64,000 nucleotides of DNA from an uncultured Eubacteriales bacterium (GTDB taxonomy: Bacteria > Bacillota > Clostridia > Christensenellales > UBA1242): positions 8,768-72,767 of the forward strand of contig CARNVA010000007.1 of NCBI GenBank assembly GCA_949031345.1. Reading direction: 5' to 3'. How positions within the stretch are numbered: position 1 is the first letter of the stretch; the number at the start of each line of letters is the position of its first letter. The notes below the pieces were generated by a model. That model made no database searches. It saw only the letters and a program-made list of their open reading frames with translations, and had not been told where the DNA came from. A program made the position numbers and the translations under genes. Positions 58,601 through 63,755 of this stretch are shown here, piece by piece.

Positions 58601-60446
58601 CATGGTCTACAGTGACCTCATATTGATTGAGCCCATCTTCTGTCTTTGACTTGATTGCATAAACAGAAACTGGCTGATAAATATCATTGTTTTTTCCGCT
58701 TACTTCATAGCTTCCGCCAATGTTTGTGTAATTTGTAAAGTGTGTATAAAGACCACTTGTCACATCAGCTTTTGTTCCGTTTAAAACAATCGCACCTTGA
58801 GCATAGCTTTCAATTGCCAACTGCCCTTTTTGATTTAAAATTGTGTGAGGCTCGCTTACAGAAGCAATATCAGCAAGCATAAAACCTTGTTTTAAAACTA
58901 CGGTGAATGTATAACTGTCTCCTGTAAAATCGTTGCTTGTTATATACTTTTCACTAGCCTCTTCCGCACTCATAGAGTTTGACATACTTTTGACAACATT
59001 TGTAAGTGGTGAATTTAATAATGGAACAATTTTTCCACCTTCATCGCTTGCATAAGCAAAGTTTGCCGTAAAGTTTCTGCTATTATTTATATCGTTAATC
59101 CAATTCCATTTAAAGCAATATGTAGGAATTTCCCCACTAATTTGAGGATAAGAAAGGTCATAGTCGTTTGCATTCTCAACATTAACCTTGCTGCCTGACT
59201 CACTTCCTCTGTAAAGCCCTTCAAAAGCATAACCAAGTCTTTCCTTGTATTGTGAATTATTCGTGAAGAAATCTGCAAAAGTTTGGTCATAATTAAAGTT
59301 GACAGATATTTCATTTCCTTGTGTACCTCTTGTTCCATAGCCATAATTTAAAGAAACAGAGAGTGATTTAGCGTCATAAGTTATAGATTTTACCAAACCT
59401 TCCTCAGAGCCATCTATAAGCTTAATATTAGGCTCTTTCCCGTTTAATAGAGCATAAACCTTGTTTGTGTCACCCAAAGCATCCACTCTTTTCGTTGGAT
59501 TTGAATTGTAATAAAGATTGCAAACCCTAGCGGTGTAATTTGAATAATTTTCATCATTTAAAAGCACTCTCAAAAGGTTTGACTCATACCATGATTGATT
59601 ACCAAACTTGAAAGCACCTTCTCCAGATTGATAAAAACCAACCTTTCCTCTTGTGATTGTGGATCTATTAGATTGTACTTGTATATGTAATTTTTCTGAA
59701 TCGGCGTTTGTTAAAGTATCAATATTATTTCCTCTTACATAAGCATAGCCATCAAAAATGTATGTAGGAGCATTAACAATTCCAATGCCACTAATGTTAT
59801 TTCCTGATTGGTCAGTTTTTGTTGTGCATTCATCATAGCAGTTGATTACATAACCGCCATTCATAAATCCGATAAGTGCACCCTTTGCACCATTTGTATA
59901 AATTTGTTGCCAGCCAGTAAGTCTTACATCTGTGACAACTGCACCTTCAGTTACGCCAAATAAGCCTGCCCCTGAATCAGCACTAGAGCCCCCTTCGCAA
60001 GAGACCTCGTCAATTGATATGTTTGAAATTGTGTGGCCGTTTCCATAGAAAATTCCCTTAAAAGGCCTAGCTTGTGTGCCAATAGGGGTCCACAAAGCGC
60101 CATTGAGGTCAATGTCGCCATTCAGTGAAATCACCACTTTACCTGTGAAATCTGACACACCGTGGTTTACATTATAAGCAATTTCTGCAAGCCCAGCGGC
60201 ATCAGAAACCACATAAGCATTATCATGCCCATAAACAGATTCTCTGCTTACTGCCATTTCGCTTACATTTCCGCTTGACCAAAGCTTGTCTGGCATAGAA
60301 GCAGCCAGTGGCTGAAGTGCCACCTTTTCGGTAGTGCTGCCCGTGTCAGCTTTTGCCCCTTTTAAGCTTGGAAATAAACAAAAACTGCCTGCCATAAATA
60401 GAACAAACAGAATTAAGTAAACCCCTTTACACATTTTCTTCAACAT
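40620..60446 (-). CDS. Giant surface protein (6,608 aa): signal peptide, GLUG-like head, long array of InlB-B-repeat (Listeria-Bacteroides repeat) and MBG-type modules, C-terminal TM anchor
   Basis: A single uninterrupted ORF of 19,827 nt. ATG is preceded by AAGGAGG with a 5-nt spacer. There are many (Y)TVTF...GY.F.GW...W modules and K(V/Q)YDG(T/N) modules. The N-terminus is hydrophobic and the C-terminus carries a poly-Ile/Val helix. Confidence 0.9.
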   Translation of the reverse strand: MLKKMCKGVYLILFVLFMAGSFCLFPSLKGAKADTGSTTEKVALQPLAASMPDKLWSSGNVSEMAVSRESVYGHDNAYVVSDAAGLAEIAYNVNHGVSDFTGKVVISLNGDIDLNGALWTPIGTQARPFKGIFYGNGHTISNISIDEVSCEGGSSADSGAGLFGVTEGAVVTDVRLTGWQQIYTNGAKGALIGFMNGGYVINCYDECTTKTDQSGNNISGIGIVNAPTYIFDGYAYVRGNNIDTLTNADSEKLHIQVQSNRSTITRGKVGFYQSGEGAFKFGNQSWYESNLLRVLLNDENYSNYTARVCNLYYNSNPTKRVDALGDTNKVYALLNGKEPNIKLIDGSEEGLVKSITYDAKSLSVSLNYGYGTRGTQGNEISVNFNYDQTFADFFTNNSQYKERLGYAFEGLYRGSESGSKVNVENANDYDLSYPQISGEIPTYCFKWNWINDINNSRNFTANFAYASDEGGKIVPLLNSPLTNVVKSMSNSMSAEEASEKYITSNDFTGDSYTFTVVLKQGFMLADIASVSEPHTILNQKGQLAIESYAQGAIVLNGTKADVTSGLYTHFTNYTNIGGSYEVSGKNNDIYQPVSVYAIKSKTEDGLNQYEVTVDHVVGNGGELYLVVEREFVDVDITPVDVDGVSTDVTLPAFRLNILPYADDNASGFVHAKIMVQKDGETVEYSVNGDYGFTTGEFDGSTPQVAGGVIDETNRPVFLVRYNDNANFNLSIVDALKDNKHSGSKYILNVDSKNFSDDPTIQGLQTYTTEFVAGTNGGFNSNPSLDYYSSWNIKLQGVYMTGSKITTFIGTVRTRVTINFLDFAKYQENPNASDEELALNASSNVIKATINAGQALGVNLQGVFVPIVSGKDESGQTQAKDDIIEITKNGKYQAAKVVIVETKDGSTKEPNVNNGTKYFEGTTDIDSAYYQSQFYKTSTVSAKDLFKTAYSHADEINYEIKIYFEERSYDLKVEYYVSDGSGENVVQVTDENKAVLFDSFYQGAVGLKPNSEGREFDVNYALTTIGSGAIYRTAKYELWQDGKKALYNDGADHDDFANENEYQKGGYNSSEAKLSLGDYDTILKVYFEYKQVELNINKLFVRDDSSLVDIDTPHLATLTFSFSSEGVLSLSGEIGSIALDSQYYLLGWYLKNGEVISTEEGSYDGLKANQAFVDAIATAGSSQGNTVVFNDLAALVARRTVSVNYNAGEAGEGKLYENTDSGLTLENKNLTETTSGALNAIKADGALTFNTKINLSKYSFFNLGYAFNTYSAKYGTVADENGVLTFILNGKGWIDLFNEAGNDISATSVQTWNKFASTDGEKFATVDLVAQWNIIKYILSVDNGYGTPKELSIGDKIYFNETTEKTGVANYTISDTSSPVVTQTFSGATKNGYVAKGFSLSQDGKITKLGGGDTNYKLTPELFLQFIAEEYKFAINDNANPVLLTTERDPARYIISLVNSDGGYYTYAWDETKDGGDWGQIDGNGQITINATYDALPSNILDAVSDGALSVNRLGYRLAGWAYSALEGDNKGVQTGVFKTDEIFKSLSDIAVVPVWEKVDNTTTAQIKFSDDVTASGKPIFYLLNSRDVIRGFLGGNNVDGNNNSASDKNLVLKNGEKVTGFKFIVTSADGTVSFETVDLFNINKLLKNGDYSIKFEITIADTLTRYGLKDDGTIGLGTISYSATSAMLDFTMAKNELHFFDNHFATIYNGTKEFVEGVSNDYGQFIYKFDWDGTDRSQLETKPEPKTTEEYFNPSAYEVLDSDGSGKFNTGSGKSLKMKVDTDKLGDMLYENLVSNVVKEGGNYYVTLDGVLTIEKARFTVDFVDGTAYYFDGVETTVYVNKANEIPFNVGKVTFKYTYSKLTLKMGSPAGVYTGTLNHDEDAKVFNIYDLAIEGHVDDRDTNFEWNVTNEKRFTLLDSRDALGLDYSTRYLTANGGVLANALSSLYKDKSDNLFISNLLIDNVSKELPEGEQGSVISDDNQVVLSFVGNGTQDLKLFFNKNYLASHTVSVKVNIDMSVERENDLTLLSFVSNSVNMTSIAALFDDGLVSGYSLEVAPNGGDANASFYGVLTDVVKVNVNYNGGANGEGAKNETIYTSSSTGEVVLNNPVREADYLSFNGYNKESSESNITIREDRDNGKCFISNAKAGQTETITAKWKFDRFDFEVTKALEYYASVSSIKLPLSEFTQIQAPNGVTGFTATMVGKDKGASFIFSSVDNSFTIVDENSQASFSLNDVYTVTITYTFSDGFAPQSVTQSEEVGLTINRNTISLSYNGGDLTFNNADQKGNIILDFIINNNEESKGQTTLLNVPNTDNSGNALRFNAGVYGSNGQIATSVRNVDTYTIKASIDSNMKGVYQFADGIYEQDLDVNIIQYVISLSNYADGFEFFKYFGLEDPSPIKATVTIRENSNDTVDISFDRVAGEAIGQYALTAANLMSSEDRQNYAIDAEDFANVFDVKFEIRTPSGKLQVSFDEKIIYTYNGYAATGYAITYNGTNYTLTITAGSESYSTTFDIYYLSGDKQIAIPAEEKEHYTQFITMISSAEAVFGEYPLSVVLTQEAVDAKWSGVDFANADKAQISVEKRTLTINSIDKVYDGTVDFVYNTVNKDKNSCEINLSGLVSVNGVDDEVSISGKISLKNAGKRNLSNIVLSNVGRGESYTLVYADDLQATVIADSTSTVSFNTSLTNLPYGDLKDDTILEIVNNKFAPTFSYAGGKTGEIDKNCFIITDYEIKDAVYSTGKYLKAGTYTIVFTVTSKDFTFKEALGGLDEVYTTTYEKTIVVDKKVIEITNSTLTITKQYDGNNELLGKFVGQNVNAVGGFYSSNGLLSGDIITVTSGTYSDSLIASGKKVTLVYDLSNDDSVNYTITTNVTGDITSTPLIFNKNGNSGDIYNPVADRYETTFANNKITSFENANPMSLSYNGNIDSLIGDILANGNRLIREGYINTGWKLGVGESAITISRDMSANDKATLLQAAVDGGNIGIEINAIWKRKSYTVTFAIANGQLSIDGTAAGTTLILPYYNEGEEVVTLAVTADEGYKFVGRTLFAANIDAAIASGQNDKNATITLARITDNVTLTVNTSEIVVRIIVDYNKPGSDYVVSTETEGWIGVQSRDLKYSEMLAGNLPELTLNHGYIFDRWTTGGVLGEAGATVNTGENIWQRINGASLERDNLAGITFYASWKEDEIDVNISYSNASIAVFDIDEDRKISPTNVDGNDVYKVLYTHDIRIEITSNDFYMWTGFEVTPEKSFGFTESKPNNLRTGEAIIDTIKDTTNVNIEISPMKFSFATSYVTPDGTEIAEKSGDISGEYDITKGENFTLSDLFANKTYTAAIGTYTQEAWAEGLTNNFALNAKLVDVIKAICGGVPEQERYDKNGITLKAVFEGVIYTVTFDKTDRKGVDFAGAEAGQQTVTRQYEYGKPMTNIPTLTQSDDEEYVWHKIENKGTQAQIVETFAEGQLLVSQHFRSADHTLDLKAAWGLVYNLVIDITGNVDKYNSVKYDGFNESGTKLEVRYFNGATKLFTFSLAKGYELGEVSGLESEKYILTENTLTILGLEAHTNITVSIVAKAYNVTIETNEKRYYTISGTTQFEIRYDENIAAKFNSLIFTRPGYDLKALMWGTRTFATFDGSAFTFASEFINGTGFVVSDDELYEIVNGTRDITLSPVWQVKADYSYISLVTTGTTLTYNGGEQAVATSGIYVDGNEVLSIGVQGNGDEITGYYYLLDGVRTNAASDFSLMQKNVLSSKAIFVLEIKDNLTGQTRTLSSSEVNVAILRSVVSIANAKLSTFYSGTNVYYPTSTDEQLNSLGKVTYAEDGADNRELSIDRVELVDDKGLYEAGNSFAVKYYLNNAGGFDISNYSGLSIEGGFVTFVTDDSLKAKVEKAQIILSFKEKGYYKDAAHTVRNLGFVTSAGVETFDIKVNKVNTNDKVIKVYNLASEFIYEYSAVDAMGVERKENFEILLAEDSFFKIISTDQAYRIDLQTKYFNAGDFTLADNSANVVKATGFEQTNVGIKGTLENGDLNFMTSEGELIFSIVGNGQSRAYILIQKGVSLSLSLEIGGTMNVLQWSELSENEAEQITELTTVLNTLEGAAARTETREVSDDATIVAFVTDYKAIMLRLGDIASEGKGDTGYVYVKLGSSVSLPSPEADDHEGDIKGFEFESWISANDKLTIAGNTLTASAEAGIAADSVTANWLLETPDGESQDITFSAKIDLNGKEEITLDRMLGGEGDITNRNGLISYTYRITKGGVEVATSDTFTLPTNTTSNGEYILTITASRSGYQPKSLELSFNVTVERLVLGAMELSDIKFVYQNKDYLPELYVTFTGAGLGREKVADLLGKADSSYSLTLTEDKTGVNVGEIKLAGTYTVSLVADETIFDLSSASLDSEIQIAVAQAEIVVGMDDIPSALRSKLFGNTDPEFTFDTTMFEGDAQQELTISLSRESGESIGTYRFTVGRPSNDNFYVTITEDAIFTINQSDVEVTIRVDNPLVVTYTKKAPTITLTYDNLAGKWVITLGEASSTITLTYVDGDEVKELDGFLKVLALENLTLTADGAINAASYSEADITISGRGNFSSYLLDVDFTIEKVVLNLDSTSKVFDRNDTINKEDANFTNVVEGDEVYLTGRYAQVTAGQNIDLLGIAIAGADIANYILPEGKYVGSITPAVVESVSFDITNKTFTYGQIGVNTAIEDVLALIEGFTLSIGGVTTDVENGFASISSILLDNGSISGAGLLKAGSDMTISFVITSSNFVGLMSNGYSITVEIKVKDLDLSSVEVVKQYDETNKLPASFDTNIDAYIESGDRVEIDLDNSGFYDAEVGTNKPVLLSIKGEDSANYKVLNNVKGDINNFTIEIVVNASTEHADLVSGGKFVSDGIVAEGFTFKVGYPLQNITAEELLASFRQPTRKGYKFAGYKLAQNGGYITLDSSNIVDVLKEVVTTQSGENLTLNIYASWTIEKYSITLSGNNVEDITVTANPANALTNVDGVYYVEYFTDVEIDFVGERGFKVRSYNLVSGETKDKDLTDTGNLRGKAILKGIASAVVLSVTYDEMEITLSINLNLPANTNRTDSNSLSPVYKYSELASITEENLPRLTATEGTYTLERYTYSNGLRLGEKNFQQIVDELFPDLDGDKTVVLDAVWTSAVYKITFDATDGAINGSNVISARYGQTLGAFPQAVLAGKNAQWSDKDGKIYNEGDILETIGVYDANENVFTLTFAATWTNAPFDLTIVFDDGLTVNVNGNNIISGQTFTLVYNETNLQVAVTPKQGYTFEVNDENLHGEITNNGYFTIKNLIADSSVVFNILPDDNTLQLFNENIANYQVFIDDEEVTISGTTVVAKTEQRVRIVYTAKKGYEFTESSVVFAGNGKVNAPIISEDKKTLTYVWEEFVSGASLSVRAQAALNRVTVSDVRNIFLRLSFNSTNITLSGDTFLIRTGETFTVSGVMAYGYTAGDLATGENNYVVEGSVSNVLNADGYYYFSASLAGFDEDFAIEFSATPRTYTFSVNVAEGQGAYGEITSDSVQVVDFGKTITLTQRELVENYEFIGWKIGENVISTEPNTNYVVSSDIRDALEAAGEEGIIPIFACYARKERNITFVSTGKGSFTASQESEDITVDVIGQNNGNFFLGLNVDLVLAAQNGYELSEILLDGVKAGEGDFEIDGNKISIYLDLYDPITHIEVVFTPSEIEVVVQSSTQVNYIDNLGSTKGGKVFATNSEGERYSDDKYHEYQGSLVIGGNYTIISYTDEVLYFEVVAEKGFTASVVTSKGMIQSQTTINGKDIYVITGATKGSQILVRFIAKENNIKIMFVNEGEDITKGVHGGIFTVDTSNELVSSRPSRGDSINVAVVTGAGLRVDIASLISYSLLTGDDGLLKYHIIYSGDETFNNIQVSQVTAEDPLSSGFTNSAYFIIDEVTAGATIVVYVEPKEYTLKFVVDENTSVTMEKKIRFGEEWDLSSLSANDYGTVFAKKKGFTFAGYYYYTSDENAIQYIDKYNDIMMNWQNTGYTHKGSMYEQDRSFDATTQTFTLYARYVYDRAKVRVEVSPSKYLEDPNYSNFNFITNLAALGSSAWTGQENRWYSEIAVGSTLEFAAPEIAGYEFVGFTVQLDGGEITERGKSFTIKDLVMGEYVVRALYNPTVKFTIKNNNNDFANGGESFARQDGGILSGSFDAGKLLTLVAVPIEGYKFLYWENNSTGEQYIGKPGVAGEIIYEFTNLIDYPLDITAVFEGRNVAVNFNAGELGSLHTIVKVLVNGKQCDYNSVFNAAVGDTLVVVVQKSRGYGFGQSIFESVYDSETNTYVFSYVLDVKDLTEVDGGDYSIKLSIPVTREDITLAFNLAMTSPLDNSEILKSGTLYFIDGSGSSNKVNNGDRKTVKYGDNFSMRIIANANYKYEKTYVVVDGITFDASEYVVNGTLSMGKDFMDRFFGYQINIYVYFARVLWTDEDARASGLSGSGTDEDPYLINTARDFAFVAYAVNNGETNDEGIPYSECSYKVTSNIGFEGRYWEPIGTKENPFKGKIDLGAHEFKNVLHYKSYPDPRLSYSGLFWCVDKDAQIIVNTKTMTTIIIVIVVVVVVVILIIILIILLAKRRKKKLDKLANQ
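40623..40742 (-). other. C-terminal transmembrane anchor plus basic cytoplasmic tail of the giant protein
   Basis: TMTTIIIVIVVVVVVILIIILIILLA followed by KRRKKKLDKLANQ. No LPXTG-like sorting motif precedes it. Confidence 0.85.
40743..41085 (-). other. C-terminal partial GLUG-like module of the giant protein
   Basis: GSGTDEDPYLINTARDFAFVAYAVNNG...RYWEPIGTKENPFKGKIDLGAHEFKNV...YSGLFW. It is homologous to the N-terminal module. Confidence 0.7.
59900..60215 (-). other. N-terminal GLUG-like module of the giant protein
   Basis: VSDAAGLAEIAYNVNHG...ALWTPIGTQARPFKGIFYGNGHTISNISI...GAGLFGVTEGAVVTDVRL. Confidence 0.7.
60348..60446 (-). other. Signal peptide of the giant protein
   Basis: MLKKMCKGVYLILFVLFMAGSFCLFPSLKGAKA/D: basic N-region, hydrophobic core, and an AKA cleavage-type motif. 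Confidence 0.7.
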
Positions 60447-60507
60447 AAACGCCTCCTTTTTAGTGGCTTCGCTTTTGAATTTTTTAAGCGTAATAAACTC
60501 TTAAATA

Positions 60508-60536
60508 TATTATACAAGTTTATTTTACATAAGGCA
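60508..60536 (-). promoter_or_regulatory. Candidate promoter of the giant gene
   Basis: Minus strand reads TTGCCT, a 17-nt spacer, then TATAAT, about 60 nt upstream of the ATG. Confidence 0.4.
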
Positions 60537-60749
60537 AATAAAATTATGCAATTAAAAATATTTTTTGCCTTTTAATATAAAGCTTTTCATGAATATGAAA
60601 GGCCTCGTCTAACTTTTCCTATGAAATTTGAGTTTAGTATCCTCAATAAATTGCAAAAAAATGCCAACAAAATGAAAAAATAGGATGAAAAATTATATAA
60701 AATTCGACTAAAAAGAGGCTATGCCGAAAAAGATTATAATAAAGTTTGC

Positions 60750-60778
60750 TTGACAAAAGTTTCGCAATGCCCTAAACT
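60750..60778 (+). promoter_or_regulatory. Candidate promoter of trpS
   Basis: TTGACA, a 17-nt spacer, then TAAACT, about 35 nt upstream of the ATG. This leaves no room for a T-box leader. Confidence 0.45.
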
Positions 60779-60813
60779 GATTTTGAAAAGAAAATATTAA
60801 AAACGAGGATTTT

Positions 60814-61878
60814 ATGAAAGATATTATCTTAACAGGTGACAGACCCACCGGAAATTTGCATCTTGGCCACTATGTAGGCTCATTGCAAAAGCGTGTGGAA
60901 ATGCAAAACACCCTTGATTATGACAAATTTTATATCATGATTGCCGATACACAGGCGCTCACCGACAACGCTGACAAAGTTGACAAAGTTAAAAACAACA
61001 TTATTCAAGTGGCAATTGACTACATAGCTGCCGGCATTGACCCAAGCAAAGTAAACATTTTTATTCAGTCAATGGTGCCCCAGCTTCACGAATTTACCAC
61101 CTATTTTATGAATCTTGTCACCCTTTCAAGACTGCAGCGCAACCCTACCATCAAGGAAGAAATCAAACTGAGAGGCTTTAATAACTCACTGCCAATCGGG
61201 TTTATAAACTATCCAGTATCGCAGGCCGCTGACATCCTTGCCTTTGGAACAACCTTAGTACCAGTTGGGAATGACCAGCTTCCTATGCTTGAACAAGCAA
61301 GAGAAGTTGTAAATTCCTTCAATTTCACTTACAACCCAGAAGAAGAGGTGTTTGTGCTTCCAAAAGCAATCGTCTCTGAAAGCAAACTTTGCCAAAGACT
61401 GCCTGGCATTGACGGAAAAATCAAAATGTCAAAATCTGCTGGAAATGCCATTTATCTTTGTGATGATGAAAAGACGGTGCGCGAAAAGGTAATGTCAGCA
61501 TACACTGACCCAAATCACATCAAAGTAAGCGACCCTGGTCAAATTGAAGGCAACATCGTATTTGCTTATCTTGACGCCTTTTGCAAAGATGAACATTTCA
61601 GCCGTTATTTGCCTGAATATGAAAATCTTGACCAGCTTAAAGAACACTACACTCGCGGCGGCCTTGGTGATGTCAAAGTAAAAAACTTTCTCATCAAAGT
61701 GCTTGAAGAGCTGCTTACGCCAATTCGCAAACGCAGAGAAGAATGCCTTAAACATGTTGATGAAATTTATGAAATGCTTTTCAAAAACTCTCTTCTTGCA
61801 AGCGAAGAAGCTGCAAAACGCCTTGAAAAAATGAAGGACGCAATCGGAATAAACTACAAAAAATTTATAAAAAAATAG
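60814..61878 (+). CDS. trpS: Tryptophan--tRNA ligase
   Basis: GDRPTGNLHLGHYVGSL (HIGH region) and KMSKSAGNAI (KMSKS region); 354 aa. Confidence 0.95.
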   Translation: MKDIILTGDRPTGNLHLGHYVGSLQKRVEMQNTLDYDKFYIMIADTQALTDNADKVDKVKNNIIQVAIDYIAAGIDPSKVNIFIQSMVPQLHEFTTYFMNLVTLSRLQRNPTIKEEIKLRGFNNSLPIGFINYPVSQAADILAFGTTLVPVGNDQLPMLEQAREVVNSFNFTYNPEEEVFVLPKAIVSESKLCQRLPGIDGKIKMSKSAGNAIYLCDDEKTVREKVMSAYTDPNHIKVSDPGQIEGNIVFAYLDAFCKDEHFSRYLPEYENLDQLKEHYTRGGLGDVKVKNFLIKVLEELLTPIRKRREECLKHVDEIYEMLFKNSLLASEEAAKRLEKMKDAIGINYKKFIKK

Positions 61879-62173
61879 GCAAAAAATTATCTAAAAACAG
61901 TCGAAATCCAACTTAAAAATCAACTTAAATTTGACTGAATTTAGACATAATTTGTACTAAAAAATTGACTGAAAAAAAGATTTAAAATCAACTATTTAAA
62001 GCCAAATAATAAAAGCAAAAATTTCAAAAATATTTTGCCTAATTAAAGAAAAATTGGATAAACTATCATTACAACAAACTAAAACCAGCTTATCATTTTA
62101 AGCGTATTTAAATAGATAAAAATAAATGTAATTTCATAAAATTATAAGAAAATTTATTAAAAAGGGGTGAAAA

Positions 62174-63397
62174 ATGACAAAAAAAGCGAAAAAAAGCGTG
62201 TTTTTACCAATATTTTTACTTATTACCATTGCAATGACTGCAATATTACTAGCAGGCTGTGGCAAGGATGTTCCTGTCAAAGAGGTAAAAATAAACTATG
62301 ACTCAATTGAGATTTACAAAGGCCAAGTTGTGGCACTTGATTACTCTGTATTGCCAAACAATGCAAACAACTACACTCTTACCATTAAAAGCTCTGACAA
62401 GTCAATTGTTGCACTCAACAGCTCTGGCTATTTGATGGGTGTCAATTATGGCACTGCGACAATTACAATTGCCATTTCTGATACCGAGCTTTCTGACAGT
62501 TGCACAGTCACTGTTGGTGATGGAAAGATTACAGAAATTTCTTTAAACACTGCCGGACTTAAAACCACCTATTATGAAAATGATAGAATTGACACAAGCG
62601 GACTTAAAGTATTTGGAAAATATCAATCTGGCAAAGAAGAAGAACTTGACTTAACTGCATGCAAGATTACTCATCCAGAATACGCCGTTCAAGGTGCAAA
62701 AATTGTAGTAGAATATGAAGGTGCTCGTGCACAGGAAGTAGACCTCACCATTCTTAAAGATGCAGTTGAAGGGCTTGAAGTCACCTCTTCCCCAACAAAG
62801 ACCGAATATTATTTTGGCGAAAGGTTTGACCAAAGTGGAATGAAGGTTGCTCTCAAATATAGAAGCGGAAAAACCGAAGAAGTGCAAAACTTCTCTGTCG
62901 AAAATGCAGTTATTCAACCTGGCCAAAAAGAGATAACCATAATATATGGTGACTATCAAACTAAAATATCAATCACCTCAAACGCAAGAAGAATTGTAAG
63001 ATCACTCTCTGACCTTCAAAGTGCCATTGATGAAGGTATTGACAGCGTTATGCTCGCACACGGCTTTACCAGCACCTTTGAAAGCCCATTGGTACTTGAA
63101 AATGTAAAAAACTTAACCATTTATTCAGAGCGTTCAACAAACTCACTTAACGGTCAAGAAATAATTCCAATCAAAATTGTCGGAAAGATTGAAAATGTAA
63201 AATTTATCAATTTCACCCTTGCTTCAACTGGAGAAAGCCCTGCCACTCATTTAGTTGATTTTTCAGCTTGCACTGGCGGAACAATTACCTTCAAAGATAT
63301 GACCTTCAATGCTACTCAAACTGAAGCGCTTCTTGTGCCTACAGGAAATCCCGTTGAAATCACTTTCAGCAATTGCACATACACAAAAAATGCATAA
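62174..63397 (+). CDS. Surface lipoprotein with Ig-like domains and a beta-helix-like C-terminal region (407 aa)
   Basis: Lipobox LLAGC after a signal helix. One Big_2-like module (YSVLPNNANNYTLTIKSSDKSIVALNSSGYLMGVNYGTATITI). Two tandem Ig-like modules (TYYENDRIDTSGLKVFGKYQSGKEEE and EYYFGERFDQSGMKVALKYRSGKTEE). Confidence 0.8.
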   Translation: MTKKAKKSVFLPIFLLITIAMTAILLAGCGKDVPVKEVKINYDSIEIYKGQVVALDYSVLPNNANNYTLTIKSSDKSIVALNSSGYLMGVNYGTATITIAISDTELSDSCTVTVGDGKITEISLNTAGLKTTYYENDRIDTSGLKVFGKYQSGKEEELDLTACKITHPEYAVQGAKIVVEYEGARAQEVDLTILKDAVEGLEVTSSPTKTEYYFGERFDQSGMKVALKYRSGKTEEVQNFSVENAVIQPGQKEITIIYGDYQTKISITSNARRIVRSLSDLQSAIDEGIDSVMLAHGFTSTFESPLVLENVKNLTIYSERSTNSLNGQEIIPIKIVGKIENVKFINFTLASTGESPATHLVDFSACTGGTITFKDMTFNATQTEALLVPTGNPVEITFSNCTYTKNA

Positions 63398-63533
63398 TTC
63401 AAAGAAATTTTATTAAAAATGTGCAAAAATGTCGAAAAAACAATGGTTTTTCATCAAATTTAAAACATTTTATCATAAATTATTGTAAAACAAAATCAAA
63501 GATGCTGATTTAAAAAAATGTCTAAATAATCAA

Positions 63534-63573
63534 AAAAAACACAGTTTTCCAAGAAAGATGACTGTGTTTTTTA
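63534..63573. terminator. Bidirectional terminator between the lipoprotein gene and recF
   Basis: AAAAAACACAGT-N15-ACTGTGTTTTTT. Confidence 0.55.
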
Positions 63574-63755
63574 TTATATTATTCCGCTTAAAAAAACTTA
63601 AAATTATTGTTATTTTGCAAAAGCCTTTATCAAGTTAAGTTATCCAAAAAGCTAAATATATTTAGTTTTTTACAGTAATTATTACTAAAAATCTATCTTT
63701 ATAAAAAATCAAATATGCTGTCGTTTTTACCTAAAAGTTTCTCAAATATCACCTA

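Noticed and set aside
40761-60446. The many 60-176-aa ORFs inside or antisense to the giant gene (for example 40761..41180, 46829..47359, 50958..51392).
   Set aside because: They lie wholly within a 19.8-kb ORF that has coherent domain content. They have skewed, low-complexity compositions and no SD. They are shadow ORFs.
40620-60446. The giant ORF being an assembly artefact (concatenated or collapsed repeats).
   Set aside because: The frame is open for 19,827 nt. The signals at both ends are coherent, the modules are diverged, and I saw no long exact repeats. This cannot be excluded without read-level data, so it is listed as a check under the finding rather than assumed.
60447-60813. A possible T-box riboswitch leader upstream of trpS.
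   Set aside because: I found no T-box consensus (a GGTGGTACCGCG-like sequence), no specifier or antiterminator architecture, and no leader terminator. The best promoter candidate sits only about 35 nt from the ATG.
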